Part shown: piece by piece, positions 1-10,135 of the stretch
Layout of the letters: each line of letters opens with the position of its first letter
Position numbering within the stretch: position 1 is the first letter of the stretch
Source of the DNA: Calditrichia bacterium
GTDB lineage: Bacteria > Calditrichota > Calditrichia > JAJRVZ01
DNA: 64,000 nt
NCBI GenBank assembly: GCA_963777955.1
Contig: CAVZSQ010000001.1
Coordinates: 64,001 to 128,000, forward strand
Direction: 5' to 3'
Program-made: the position numbers and the translations under genes
The notes under the pieces: model-generated
The model's input: only the letters and a program-made list of their open reading frames with translations
Told to the model about the DNA's origin: nothing
Databases searched by the model: none

Positions 1-1
1 T

Positions 2-79
2 GTGCACAATATCCTGGAAAAGATGGCGCTCAGCACCCGTCTGCAGATAGCGGCCTTTGTCCGCAAGGAAAAATCCTGA
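2..79 (+). CDS. 3' end of a LuxR/NarL-family HTH response regulator (partial)
   Basis: My translation of frame 2, VHNILEKMALSTRLQIAAFVRKEKS*, matches the typical LuxR HTH C-terminus (HVHNILEKL...RLQ). Confidence 0.75.
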   Translation: MHNILEKMALSTRLQIAAFVRKEKS

Positions 80-197
80 TGATCCGGGTCCCAATTTGAC
101 GGCCTTTTCCAGGATGAACATTTGCTGTAAAGCGAATTTTTTATGGCAGAATTTATTACTCATGAGGGGATAAAAACTTAACAGAAAGTAGAATATC

Positions 198-1950
198 ATG
201 AAGAAAAAAGAAGACCAATTCCGACATAAGGTCCTTCCCAAATCCCCCACAAGTATTCAGGGATTGGACGAAATCACGGGCGGGGGATTACCGAAAGGCA
301 GACCGACGCTTGTATGCGGCGGTGCGGGTTGCGGAAAGACCCTCTTTGCCATGGAGTTTCTCGTTCGCGGAGCAACGCAGCTACAATGAACCGGGTGTCT
401 TTATGTCGTTCGAGGAAACAGAGGAAGAACTCACGGCAAACGTTGCTTCGTTGGGATTCGATTTGGATAGACCTTATAGATCCGCAAAAAGATTTGGCTT
501 GAGCACATTCACGTTGAACGGGGTGAAATCGAACAAAGCGGTGAATACGATTTGGAAGGTTTGTTTATCAGGATCCATCACGCAATTGAGAGCATCGGCG
601 CCAAGCGTGTTGTGCTGGATACCCTGGAATCACTCTTTTCAGGAGCTGCCGAATCCTCTTATACTGCGCGCTGAACTGCGCCGGTTGTTGCACTGGCTGA
701 AAAAGAAAGGCGTAACAACAATAATTACTGCAGAGCGGGGTGAAGGTTCCTTAACGCGTCAAGGCATGGAAGAGTATGTCTCCGATTGTGTCATTCTGCT
801 CGATCATCGCGTGAACGATCAATCATCCATACGACGGCTGCGTATTGTCAAATATCGCGGTTCAACGCACGGTACGAACGAGTATCCTTTCCTTATTGAT
901 GAAGATGGTTTTTCTGTTCTGCCTGTCACTTCCCTGGGACTGAATTACTTTTCATCCAAAGAGAGAATTTCCACCGGTATTCCGCGTCTTGACACGATGC
1001 TCTCCGGCAAAGGTTACTTTCGCTGCAGTACAGTGCTTGTTTCAGGCACCGCCGGTACGGGCAAAACGAGCATTGCCGCGCAATTTGTTGAAGCGGCATG
1101 CAAGAGAGGAGAACGCGTTCTCTTTTTTACCTTCGAAGAATCCCCCAGTCAGCTTGTGCGCAATATGCGTTCAATCGGAATAAATTTGGAACCATGGGTG
1201 AAAAAAGGGTTGCTTCAGTTTCATGCAACACGTCCCACACTCTATGGCCTGGAAACTCACCTGACGACGATCATCAAATTGATCAATAAATTTGAACCCG
1301 ACATCGTTGTCCTCGACCCGATTAATGCATTCGTGATAGGAGATAACCAAACTGAGGTCAAAACAATGTTACTGCGCCTGGTAGATTTTTTGAAGATGAA
1401 ACGGATCACTGCATTCTTCACCAGTCTCACTTCCTCCGGTGAATAATATTGAGATATACCGATGTTTACATCTCATCCTTGATAGATACATGGCTGCTTC
1501 TGCGTGATATTGAAATTGGAGGTGAACGTAACAGGGGATTGTATGTGCTTAAATCGCGCGGTATGGCGCACTCCAATCAGATTCGCGAGTTCAAGCTGAC
1601 AAACCACGGCATCGAACTGCTCGATGTCTATGTGGGTCCGGAAGGCGTATTGACCGGTTCGGCGCGATTATCACAGGAGGCGAAAGACGATAGAGAACAA
1701 TTATTGCGTCAACAGGAAATCAGACGCAAACAATTTGGATTGGAACGCAAGCGTAAAGCAATGGAAGCTCAGATTGAATTGTTGCGATCCGAATTTGAAG
1801 CTGAAGAATCAGAAGCGCTCAAGAGTATTGAGAATGACAAAGCGAGAAATGAACGTTTCATCCAGGACACAGAAAAAAATGGCTAAGAGTCGAAAAGCGG
1901 ATGCACCCTTAATAAAAACAAGAACAACCAAGAAGAAAATAAAGATTTAA
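198..1950 (+). CDS. kaiC: Circadian clock ATPase/kinase KaiC (KaiC2-like, with C-terminal coiled coil); split by several frameshifts
   Basis: ORFs 198-389, 310-1446, 1449-1886 and 1735-1950 join up. CI Walker [12 protein letters not shown] Walker [12 protein letters not shown] motifs, KYRGS and KSRG arginine-finger motifs, ISSLIDT phosphosite region. Confidence 0.92.
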
Positions 1951-2330
1951 TGGAGCATTCTGTGAAAACCAAACAAGTAAAATCGAAAACCAGCCGGCGA
2001 AAGGAAAGGCCGGCCAAAACAAAAAAAGACAAATGGATCTTACGTTTGTATGTTGCCGGGCAGACTCCCAGAGCCATCACCGCTTTCAACAATCTCAAAT
2101 CAATTTGTGAAGAGCAATTAAAGGGCAATTACAGGATTGAAGTAATAGACCTTTTGAAAAATCCACAGCTAGGCCGCGAACATCAAATACTCGCCATTCC
2201 GACATTGGTGCGGAAATTACCCGTTCCGGTGAGGAGGATCATTGGCGATCTTTCAAATACCGAGCGTGTACTGGTCGGACTAGATCTCAAAGAACAGAGC
2301 GAGCTTAAGAATAAGCAAAAATCCGGATGA
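1950..2330 (+). CDS. kaiB: Circadian clock protein KaiB
   Basis: [12 protein letters not shown]...[12 protein letters not shown]...[22 protein letters not shown] is the KaiB signature. It directly follows kaiC. Confidence 0.95.
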   Translation: MEHSVKTKQVKSKTSRRKERPAKTKKDKWILRLYVAGQTPRAITAFNNLKSICEEQLKGNYRIEVIDLLKNPQLGREHQILAIPTLVRKLPVPVRRIIGDLSNTERVLVGLDLKEQSELKNKQKSG

Positions 2331-2462
2331 TCGTATTTACAACCGGATAATCATTCCCTCCTTAATAAAGCCTGCACTGAACATCTCCTGCTCCGTATCT
2401 CCGTTATAACGGACTTACAGTTCAATTCCTTTAATTATTCCAGACAGATTTTTCTGCATTTG

Positions 2463-2584
2463 GAATTAGTTCTTTATAGTCCGAAAGAACTACTTCCTTT
2501 TTCATTCTTTCGGGCGATTTATTTCATGGTTGAATTTGATATAATTAATAGCATGAATTTATACAGAGAAACAGATGGTATTGT
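2463..2584 (+). promoter_or_regulatory. Duplicated promoter module, copy 1
   Basis: Near-identical to 6030-6151. Contains TATAGTCCGAAAGAACTACTTCCTTTTTCATTCTTT and an extended -10 TGATATAAT. Confidence 0.75.
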
Positions 2585-2623
2585 ACCAGGCATTCAAAAT
2601 ATATATTTGCGGAGGACTCATCC

Positions 2624-2836
2624 ATGATGACCAATAATATTTTAGAGAGTAAAATCGATATCAATGCTTTGTCTGATGAGACCGGAAGAAGATATTTTAA
2701 CATTAAAGTAATATTTTCTGAGAATGATGCACTCACGGTTTATCAGAACAGTATAGATGAATTATTAGAGGATTTACCGCAGGTCCTGGTTTCAGCTATC
2801 CGGGCCCGAATTGTTCACGATAAAAAATTATGTTAA
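2624..2836 (+). CDS. Small hypothetical protein (70 aa)
   Basis: GGAGGA RBS upstream; first gene after promoter copy 1. Confidence 0.65.
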   Translation: MMTNNILESKIDINALSDETGRRYFNIKVIFSENDALTVYQNSIDELLEDLPQVLVSAIRARIVHDKKLC

Positions 2837-2852
2837 TCGGGAAGAAAAACTA

Positions 2853-3239
2853 ATGAATGTTATAATTTGTGATAGTAATGCCGCGCGAACCAAGGTACTG
2901 AACGACGTGTTAAAGGTATACCGGTTAAATTTAATCACGATCAATAAAAATGCCAATTTATTCCAACAGATTGAGAATCATAAACCCGCCATTATTATCC
3001 TTAATGAAAAATTTGCACCGGACTCGGGAAAAGAGATGATCACCCGGTTACGTTCTAATCCCCTGAGCAAGGTAATTCCCATTATCTTTATATCCGAATC
3101 GGAACAAATGACTGACAGCCCCTGTCCCAGGTCGTCCGATTCACTGCTAGAAATTATGCAGGAACCAATTAGAATTAAATTCCTGCGCCATTGTATCGAT
3201 CGTTGGACTACTTTTAGAAGTCTGCATATCCAACAATAA
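2853..3239 (+). CDS. Stand-alone receiver-like (pseudo-receiver) domain protein
   Basis: CheY-like pattern (NVIICD...KPAIIILNE...DSGKEMITRLRSNP...IPIIFIS...QEP). Asn sits at the phospho-Asp position and Glu at the conserved Lys position. Confidence 0.7.
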   Translation: MNVIICDSNAARTKVLNDVLKVYRLNLITINKNANLFQQIENHKPAIIILNEKFAPDSGKEMITRLRSNPLSKVIPIIFISESEQMTDSPCPRSSDSLLEIMQEPIRIKFLRHCIDRWTTFRSLHIQQ

Positions 3240-3470
3240 ACAATAAAAGAAAACCAGAGCAGGAGGATAGAAAAATTATAAAATAGAATATAAACATCCC
3301 ACCACATGCCTCATCATACTGCTCCTGAAGGACTCTTTACTTCAGTGACGTTCATCAAGTCTGTTCAGGGATATCCCCAAATCTTTTAGTCCCTGATCAA
3401 GTATAAAGCGTAAAGAGTCCTTTCCTATATAAAAAAAGGAATTGCACTGCGATCGTGACAAAGAAAGGAG

Positions 3471-4859
3471 GTGCCAGAACATATGCAGAATAAGTACTCA
3501 CCAACCGACCAACGAAGGTTGTCTCCGCCGAAGCTATTATCGTATGCGGGCTGTGCCGCAGGAACAATCGGTCTGGTCTGCCTGCTGGTTCTCCTGCTTT
3601 TCCCCGATCCGTTTGTGAACAGGTTTATCAAGCCCAGGATTAGCAGGGCTTTTACTGAGGCGTATCCCGCGTACTCGATACACATTGCCGACATGAATTA
3701 CAGTTTCTTAAAAAACCGCTTTGGATTCGACTCCGTTGTGCTGAGTGCAGTCGACGGTAAATTCTCAGCCAATATCGGTCCGTTCTCTCTGAGCGGAATC
3801 AGCTGGCTGCATCTTCTTTGGGGAGGGAGTATTAGGCCTGATAACTTTGCCGGTGCAGTTGTCGATGCACAAGATATCGTGCTGAACTTCCTGCAGTCAC
3901 AGTATGAAATTCGTTGCGGACTGCTGCGTGTATCGGTGCCGGACTCAGAGATAGTAGTTGATACCCTGAATCTTCATCCTGTGGGTGATGATGAGCAATC
4001 TTTTGCAGGAAGCAAATTCCGAAAAACCCGGTTTCGCCTGGTCGTTCCGCATGCCAGCGCAGGGGGATTTGCCTGTCTCAATCTGCTGCAAGGGAAGATG
4101 TACCATACCCGCATCGTCCAAATCCATGATGCGTTCCTCGACGTGCTGGTCAACAAAGACAAGCCCAGCAGCGAAGAAGCATCAATTACCCTTATGCCGA
4201 ACGAGATTCTTTTTGCGCTAAAGGAAATCCTGCAGATCGATAGCCTGAGTATCATGAACGGACGGCTGAATTACGGTGAACGGTTTGCTGTCGGGTCGAA
4301 CCCGGCCTTGATAACGCTTGATAGCATGCAGGTGCTGGCAGAAGGAATTGCCAAACCCGACGGCAGTGGTGCCGCTTCAGTCATTCACGCACAGGGGAAT
4401 TTCATGAAGGCCGGGATGATGAATGTTCTTATGTCATTTCCCAGCGCATCGCCGGAGTTCTCGTTCCAATACTCTGGTTCGGTGAGCAGAATGGATCTGA
4501 GCGCACTCAATTCATTCCTTGAGACAGCTGAACAGATACGTATTACGACGGGTGTGCTTAAGGAAGCAACATTCGATATCAATGTTGTTTCGGGTTATGC
4601 CAGCGGTAATGTGCGGGCGGTGTACGAAGACTTAAACTTTGCGGTGATTAACAAATATACAGGAAGCGACAAGGGCTTTTCCGACGGCATCACTTCGTTC
4701 ATGGCCAACACCTTCAAGATCCGCGGGAGCAACGTGCCGGATAAATCGGGTTCGCTAAAGATCGGTAAGGTGGACTATGCCCGCAAGCGGGATGATCCAT
4801 TCTTCGGATTTGCCTGGTTCGCCCTGCGCAGCGGAGTGGGGGATGTTGTCGGGTTTTAA
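3471..4859 (+). CDS. Membrane-anchored AsmA/DUF748-like protein
   Basis: 462-aa ORF with an N-terminal TM helix and a beta-rich body; C-terminal ...KRDDPFFGFAWFALRSG pattern. Confidence 0.55.
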   Translation: MPEHMQNKYSPTDQRRLSPPKLLSYAGCAAGTIGLVCLLVLLLFPDPFVNRFIKPRISRAFTEAYPAYSIHIADMNYSFLKNRFGFDSVVLSAVDGKFSANIGPFSLSGISWLHLLWGGSIRPDNFAGAVVDAQDIVLNFLQSQYEIRCGLLRVSVPDSEIVVDTLNLHPVGDDEQSFAGSKFRKTRFRLVVPHASAGGFACLNLLQGKMYHTRIVQIHDAFLDVLVNKDKPSSEEASITLMPNEILFALKEILQIDSLSIMNGRLNYGERFAVGSNPALITLDSMQVLAEGIAKPDGSGAASVIHAQGNFMKAGMMNVLMSFPSASPEFSFQYSGSVSRMDLSALNSFLETAEQIRITTGVLKEATFDINVVSGYASGNVRAVYEDLNFAVINKYTGSDKGFSDGITSFMANTFKIRGSNVPDKSGSLKIGKVDYARKRDDPFFGFAWFALRSGVGDVVGF

Positions 4860-4880
4860 GTAAAGAAGAAACGGTTATTT

Positions 4881-5948
4881 ATGACTGAACAGAGTAATGC
4901 TCATCGCGGAACGCGCCTGCTCTTTATTGCGGCAGCGCTCGTGATCATTATCTATGGCATCAATCAGGCACAGTCGGTTGTTGCATTGTTCCTTTTTTCT
5001 GTTTTCCTCGCTCTTATCGGAACGCCGCCGGTACTCTGGTTGGAACGGAAAGGTGTTCCTTCTTTTGTAGCAGTGCTGTTCGTAATGGCGGGTATGATTA
5101 CTCTTCTGCTGGTTATCGGTGGAGTCGTCGGCGCGTCCTTCAGTACCTTTTCCGATGCGTTGCCTTTCTATCAGAAACGCCTGCAAGAACAACTCCTGGA
5201 GCTCAAGCCCCTGTTGGCAGGCAAGAATATCGTATTCACGGATAAGATCTTGCTTGAATACCTCAATCCGGGGCCGGTGATGGGTCTGGTTGTCAGCTTG
5301 CTCGCAGGGATGGGTTCAGCGCTTTCCAATATCGTCCTGATCCTGCTGACGGTAACCTTCATACTACTTGAAGCCTCCAGCTTCCCCATCAAACTACGCG
5401 CTGTACTCGGCAATCCCCAGCAGGCCTTTCCCCAGTTCACGACGTTTGTCAATGATATCAAGCGTTATATGGTCATCAAGACGATCATCAATCTGATCGC
5501 GGGGGTCATGATCGGGCTATGGTTGTTCATCCTCGGCGTGGATTTTCCTGTTCTGTGGGGTTTCGTGGCCTTTCTGCTGTACTACGTGCCCAATCTTGGC
5601 TCCATCATCTGCCCTATTCCTGCGATCCTCCTGGCACTCATTGAATTCGGGATGGGCTCTGCCGCGCTTACCGCTACCGGTTATCTGGTTGTTGGCTTTA
5701 TACACGGATACGTGGTTGAGCCGCGGCTGATGGGCCGCAAACTTGGACTGTCCACCCTGGTCGTCTTTCTCTCGCTGATTTTTTGGGGAAGCCTGCTCGG
5801 TTTGATCGGCGTGGTACTATGCATACCCTTTACCATGACCCTGAAGTTTGCCTTTGAGAGCAGTGACAACACGCGCTGGATTGCGATCTTGCTCGGTTCG
5901 GAAAAGTCACCTGATAATATTCCACCAGCATCAAAAAAGGGGAAATAA
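4881..5948 (+). CDS. AI-2E family (PerM/TqsA) transporter
   Basis: 355 aa, multi-TM, with motifs LYYVPNLGS and VEPRLMGRKLGLS...FWGSLLGLIG. Confidence 0.9.
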   Translation: MTEQSNAHRGTRLLFIAAALVIIIYGINQAQSVVALFLFSVFLALIGTPPVLWLERKGVPSFVAVLFVMAGMITLLLVIGGVVGASFSTFSDALPFYQKRLQEQLLELKPLLAGKNIVFTDKILLEYLNPGPVMGLVVSLLAGMGSALSNIVLILLTVTFILLEASSFPIKLRAVLGNPQQAFPQFTTFVNDIKRYMVIKTIINLIAGVMIGLWLFILGVDFPVLWGFVAFLLYYVPNLGSIICPIPAILLALIEFGMGSAALTATGYLVVGFIHGYVVEPRLMGRKLGLSTLVVFLSLIFWGSLLGLIGVVLCIPFTMTLKFAFESSDNTRWIAILLGSEKSPDNIPPASKKGK

Positions 5949-6029
5949 TGACTGCACGGTTTGTAAAGGTATATCGGGTGCCGGCCACCAAATATAATCC
6001 CGATAAGACGAATGGAGAAAAACCACATA

Positions 6030-6151
6030 GAATTAATTTTTTATAGTCCGAAAGAACTACTTCCTTTTTCATTCTTTTGGCCGATTGATTTCGTGGTCGA
6101 ATTTGATATAATTAATCTCACAAAGTCATACATGGAAACAGATAGTGTTGT
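6030..6151 (+). promoter_or_regulatory. Duplicated promoter module, copy 2
   Basis: Near-identical to 2463-2584; lies upstream of the baeRF-like gene. Confidence 0.75.
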
Positions 6152-6197
6152 GATAAACACTCAAAATTTAAAGTCTGGAAAAATAAAAGGTCAAACG

Positions 6198-6904
6198 ATG
6201 CAGCCGAGCATTCATTATTATGTCCTGTCATTAAGCGAACAAACGACCAGGCTTTACGAAGGATTTCGGGACAAACTCATTGATATTCAAAACTCGAATT
6301 TTCCGTTTGAATTTTCTATTGATGCCGGTAATCCGGCCTCTAAAGACACCCAAGTGAAAGAATTTTTCCACCAGACGGAACAGCATTTTGCCCATTATTA
6401 CGAGCAAGATCCGCTTCGATTGGTGGTGGTCGGCGAGAAGAGAAACCTGGCCATTTTTAAAACCTTGACAGACTTATCAGGATGTAATTATCGGAACGGT
6501 TGAAGGCGACTATCTCATGACTTCTCCACACGATTTGGGCAAGATTGTCTGGCCTGTCGTCAAGGAGACCATAGCGGGTGCAAATAAAAACGCCATGCGT
6601 GATCTGGCAACAGCAGCCAAAGGAGAAGAAAGTCGTCTCCGGAATTGAGGCTGTGGGGCAGTTCGTGGAAACAGGGACAGATGATTCCACTTTGTACGTC
6701 GAAGAAGATTATCATGTGAAGGGTAGCATTCGCAAAACGGATCATTCGCTGATACTCTCAAAGCATGTGGATATCTGGGAAGTGATCGATGACGTGGTGG
6801 ATATCATCATCGAAAAGGTACTGAAAATGGGCGGAAATGTGATTTTTCTGAATAGCGGTTCGTTGATAAAACTTGAGAGAATCGCTTTGATTCTGCGTGG
6901 CTGA
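6198..6904 (+). CDS. Bacterial archaeo-eukaryotic release factor (baeRF3-like/Balon-like) protein, frameshifted
   Basis: Motifs YYVLSLSEQTTRLYEG..., LRLVVVGEKR, TLYVEEDY and DDVVDIIIEKVLKMGGNVIF...IALILR across ORFs 6012-6503 and 6578-6904. Confidence 0.7.
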
Positions 6905-7026
6905 TTGTCAAACAAAGTCCGTTTTATATTGGTTTTTCATTAGGCAAAGGAAAAAATCTGGATCATGATGTAAACGTGGTCCATCGGGTATTAAACATAC
7001 ACTTTTAAATTTAAGGAGAACGAACT

Positions 7027-7278
7027 ATGAGTACGGAACATTTACTGATATTTCTGGGAATTGGGATTCTGGCAGGATTTGTAGCCGGACATATCTGGAA
7101 GGGCAGCGGATTTGGCCTGGTGGGAGATTTGATCGTCGGAGTGATAGGTGCCTTCATCGGAGTCTGGGTGTTCGGTCTACTTCACATCTCGAGCGCAGGC
7201 ATTATTGGTTTACTAATTGCGGCGGTTGTCGGCGCGCTAATCCTGTTGTACATAATCCGGCTGGTCAAGCGTAGTTGA
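7027..7278 (+). CDS. GlsB/YeaQ/YmgE (transglycosylase-associated) stress membrane protein
   Basis: GILAGFVAGHIWKGSGFGLVGDLIVGVIGAFIG signature; AAGGAG RBS. Confidence 0.9.
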   Translation: MSTEHLLIFLGIGILAGFVAGHIWKGSGFGLVGDLIVGVIGAFIGVWVFGLLHISSAGIIGLLIAAVVGALILLYIIRLVKRS

Positions 7279-7423
7279 TTCACGGGCTGTTTGGGCCGGC
7301 AATTCAAACAAAACATAACTAGAGTGATGTCAAGAGGGAGCCTTCGGTTAATTGATCAGGCCACCGAAGGCCCGTCCCTCACTCTAATCGATATTTCATT
7401 CATAATTTGAAAAGAGGTTTACT

Positions 7424-8101
7424 ATGAAAGCAAAAATGAATATTGTCATCACAGTGGCACTCTGTGTTTCGATTGCCCTCCTGATGGGGTGTGGAGCCAG
7501 CAACGCGCTGAAAGGTGGTGCGATTGGCGCAGGAGCCGGAGGAGTTGCTGGTGGCGTTATCGGAAATCAATTCGGGAACACTGCCCTTGGCGCCATCATC
7601 GGGGCGGCAGTCGGCGGAACGGCCGGGGTTACTCATCGGTCGTGCACATGGACAAGCAAGCCGAAGAGATGAGACAGGATATGCAGGGAGCAAAAATTGA
7701 ACGAGTCGGCGAAGGAATCAAGATCACCTTTGATTCGGGTCTTCTTTTCGAAATAGATAAATCTGATTGCGAGCCTGCAGGCGAAAACGAACATCGAGAG
7801 TCTCGCCAAGATTTTGAACAAATATCCCGACACGAACATCCTCATTGAAGGAGATACCGACAACACCGGCAGTGAAGACTACAACCAAAAGTTGTCCGAA
7901 CGTCGTGCTCAAGCTGTTGCCAACTATCAAATGGGTCTTGGTGTTGCCGGCTCAAGGATTTCCACTGTTGGACTCGGCGAGTTGAATCCGATCGCTTCAA
8001 ACGATACGGACTATGGTCGTCAGCAAAACCGACGCGTGGAAGTCGCCATTTTCGCGAACGACAAATTGAAGAAAGCCGCCGAGAACGGCAACCTTAACTA
8101 A
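7424..8101 (+). CDS. OmpA-family lipoprotein with glycine zipper (YiaD-like), frameshifted
   Basis: Lipobox LMGC, glycine zipper, ITFDSGLLF, EGDTDNTGS..YNQKLSERRA and NRRVEV. Confidence 0.88.
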
Positions 8102-8202
8102 ATCGGGCTCGAGCTAAATTCGTTAAGCTGATTGTCAAGCAAAGCGTACTGATGGAATGAATAATACATATTTATTAATCAATAACAAGAAAGGAGGCCA
8201 AA

Positions 8203-8396
8203 ATGCCTTTAATTCAATGTGGTAATAGTTCTGATCGTGGTCGGTGTTCTCTTATGGCTGGTCAATCAGTATATACCGATGGATCAGTAAGATTAAATCG
8301 ATCTTGAATGCTGTCGTGGTCATTGCGGTGGTTTTGTGGCTGTTGAATGCTTTTGGAGTGTTCGGTTCTATATCCAACATCCACATTGGCCCGTGA
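8203..8396 (+). CDS. Small 2-TM membrane protein (Thivi_2564-like), two indels; not in the ORF track
   Basis: AAGGAGG RBS. Reconstructed sequence MPLIQVVIVLIVVGVLLWLVNQYIPMDSKIKSILNAVVVIAVVLWLLNAFG... Confidence 0.75.
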
Positions 8397-8487
8397 CAGA
8401 TCAATTAAATGACACCACACCGGACAATTCGTTGTTACGGTGTAGGTAACCAATCAATTTCATTTCAATTTTATGGAGGAAACAACC

Positions 8488-8922
8488 ATGAAAGCAAGAA
8501 CAGTTCTCGGATTCATAGTCATGATGTTTGTTCTGGTTCAAGCGGGAAATGCGGGAGGGAAAGACGATATTCAAAAGTACTTCAACGACACCGCATGCAA
8601 AGTGAAGGCAACGACCGACCCGGTGCAAAAGCGTGAAATACTCAACAAATCATTACAAACCATGTCCACAGCGTTGGATAGAGTCGAAAGCTCAGGACTG
8701 ATTTCACAAGACGATCGCGCCGGCATTGATCGCTTCAAAGCAGCTCTTCAAGAGAAACAAGACGAGCTCACGGGCAGTAATGGCTATGAGCGCGTGGCCG
8801 ATGCGCAACTCAATGCCTTCTCTGATTACGTTGTGCAGGATATGGAGCAGGCCGATCAGACGATAACCATCAGCCTTGTCACGGCGCTCTTGATCATCAT
8901 CATTTTGATACTCATCCTGTAG
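8488..8922 (+). CDS. Secreted hypothetical protein with C-terminal hydrophobic anchor
   Basis: GGAGGA RBS, signal peptide, C-terminal ITISLVTALLIIIILILIL. Confidence 0.7.
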   Translation: MKARTVLGFIVMMFVLVQAGNAGGKDDIQKYFNDTACKVKATTDPVQKREILNKSLQTMSTALDRVESSGLISQDDRAGIDRFKAALQEKQDELTGSNGYERVADAQLNAFSDYVVQDMEQADQTITISLVTALLIIIILILIL

Positions 8923-8960
8923 TCGTATCGTCACCGGGCGAACATTCACAGGCTTTCGGC

Positions 8961-10083
8961 ATGCAAAGTTCGCACAACCGATCTTTCACGAGTGCCACGC
9001 AACCATACTCGATGCTCTTCGGGTGCATCGGCTGCGTGGTGCTCGTGTTATTTCTGTTTTCGTGCAGCTCCATTCCTCTTACTCAGCGGGAAACTCCGCC
9101 GGGGGAGGAGAGTGCGCTCCCACCACGCTACTCAATGGTATTCATCATCCACGGCGACGGTGACTACCTCTATCACGACCCCAGCGGCAATGCGCACAGA
9201 GCAGACGAGGAGGCTCTCGTTGGAGCAACAAGGGTGGCGGAGCGAAATCCGCAAGCCGAGGTGTTCATCTTTCACGAAAGACCCAGAAGGCACACCTTGC
9301 TCTTCTTTCCTCTCCGTGATGGAAAATTCTATTACTACCGGCACGGACGGCTGCTCGCCAAAGAATCGTACTGGCGCGATCAGGGACCATCGCACTTCGA
9401 TCCTGAAGTGGAACTCTATCACCGATTCCACGCGGAAGAGCAACCTCAGCCGGTGAGATTGTTCCTCTACTTCGGTCACGAAATCCCTGAATTCGGCGGT
9501 GCGGGCTACGATGCATCGTACTCGCATCGGACGTTCACTGTACATGATCTTGCCGACGGATTGAAACGCATCACACGTGATTCCACAAAGTTCGATCTCA
9601 TCGTGCTCTCCACGTGTTTCAACGGCACACCACACACCATTGCCGCTCTTGCTCCATATGCGCGAACCATCGTCGCTTCTCCCGACAATCTTCACCTCTC
9701 TTACTTCGATCTCCATCCATTTGAGCGGTTGGATGTCGGTTTGCGAGATGGAGATATGGCTGCGTTTGCGAAAAAGTTCGCACAGCCAGGCCTTCGACCG
9801 GCTGACAGAAGATATCCAGACAGCGGTCACTGTTGCTGTGTACGATGTGGATCGCGTGCAGGGATATTTGCACTCCGTCGACAGTGTCTACGATCATGCC
9901 TTGACCACATTGAAGGGGCAGAAACCGGGATCCTTTGAGCACTGCGATTGCGCCGAAGACTCTGCCTACGTGCTGCCGGGAATGAGCGAGGGGGTAGATG
10001 TCTTCTACCGCCCGCCGCGCTTCGGACGCTTAAAGCACAAACAGAACCATTCCGGATGGGAATGCTGGAGGCTTCTGAAGTAA
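8961..10083 (+). CDS. Putative lipoprotein with a clan-CD (clostripain/caspase-like) peptidase motif, frameshifted near 9785
   Basis: Lipobox-like LFSC; LFLYFGHE and FDLIVLSTCFNG fit a His/Cys dyad pattern. Continues in ORF 9577-10083. Confidence 0.5.
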
Positions 10084-10135
10084 TCCTTAGTCCATGAGGC
10101 TTGCCACCCAATGCACTTCATCTTAGAGAGACTGT

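Noticed and set aside
198..1950. Programmed frameshifting or a truly split kaiC
   Set aside because: The indel density matches the rest of the window, so sequencing error is more parsimonious.
2624..2836. HicB-like antitoxin call for the 70-aa ORF
   Set aside because: The resemblance is faint and no HicA toxin is adjacent.
6012..6197. N-terminal extension of ORF 6012-6503
   Set aside because: It runs through the duplicated promoter module; family similarity begins near ATG 6198.
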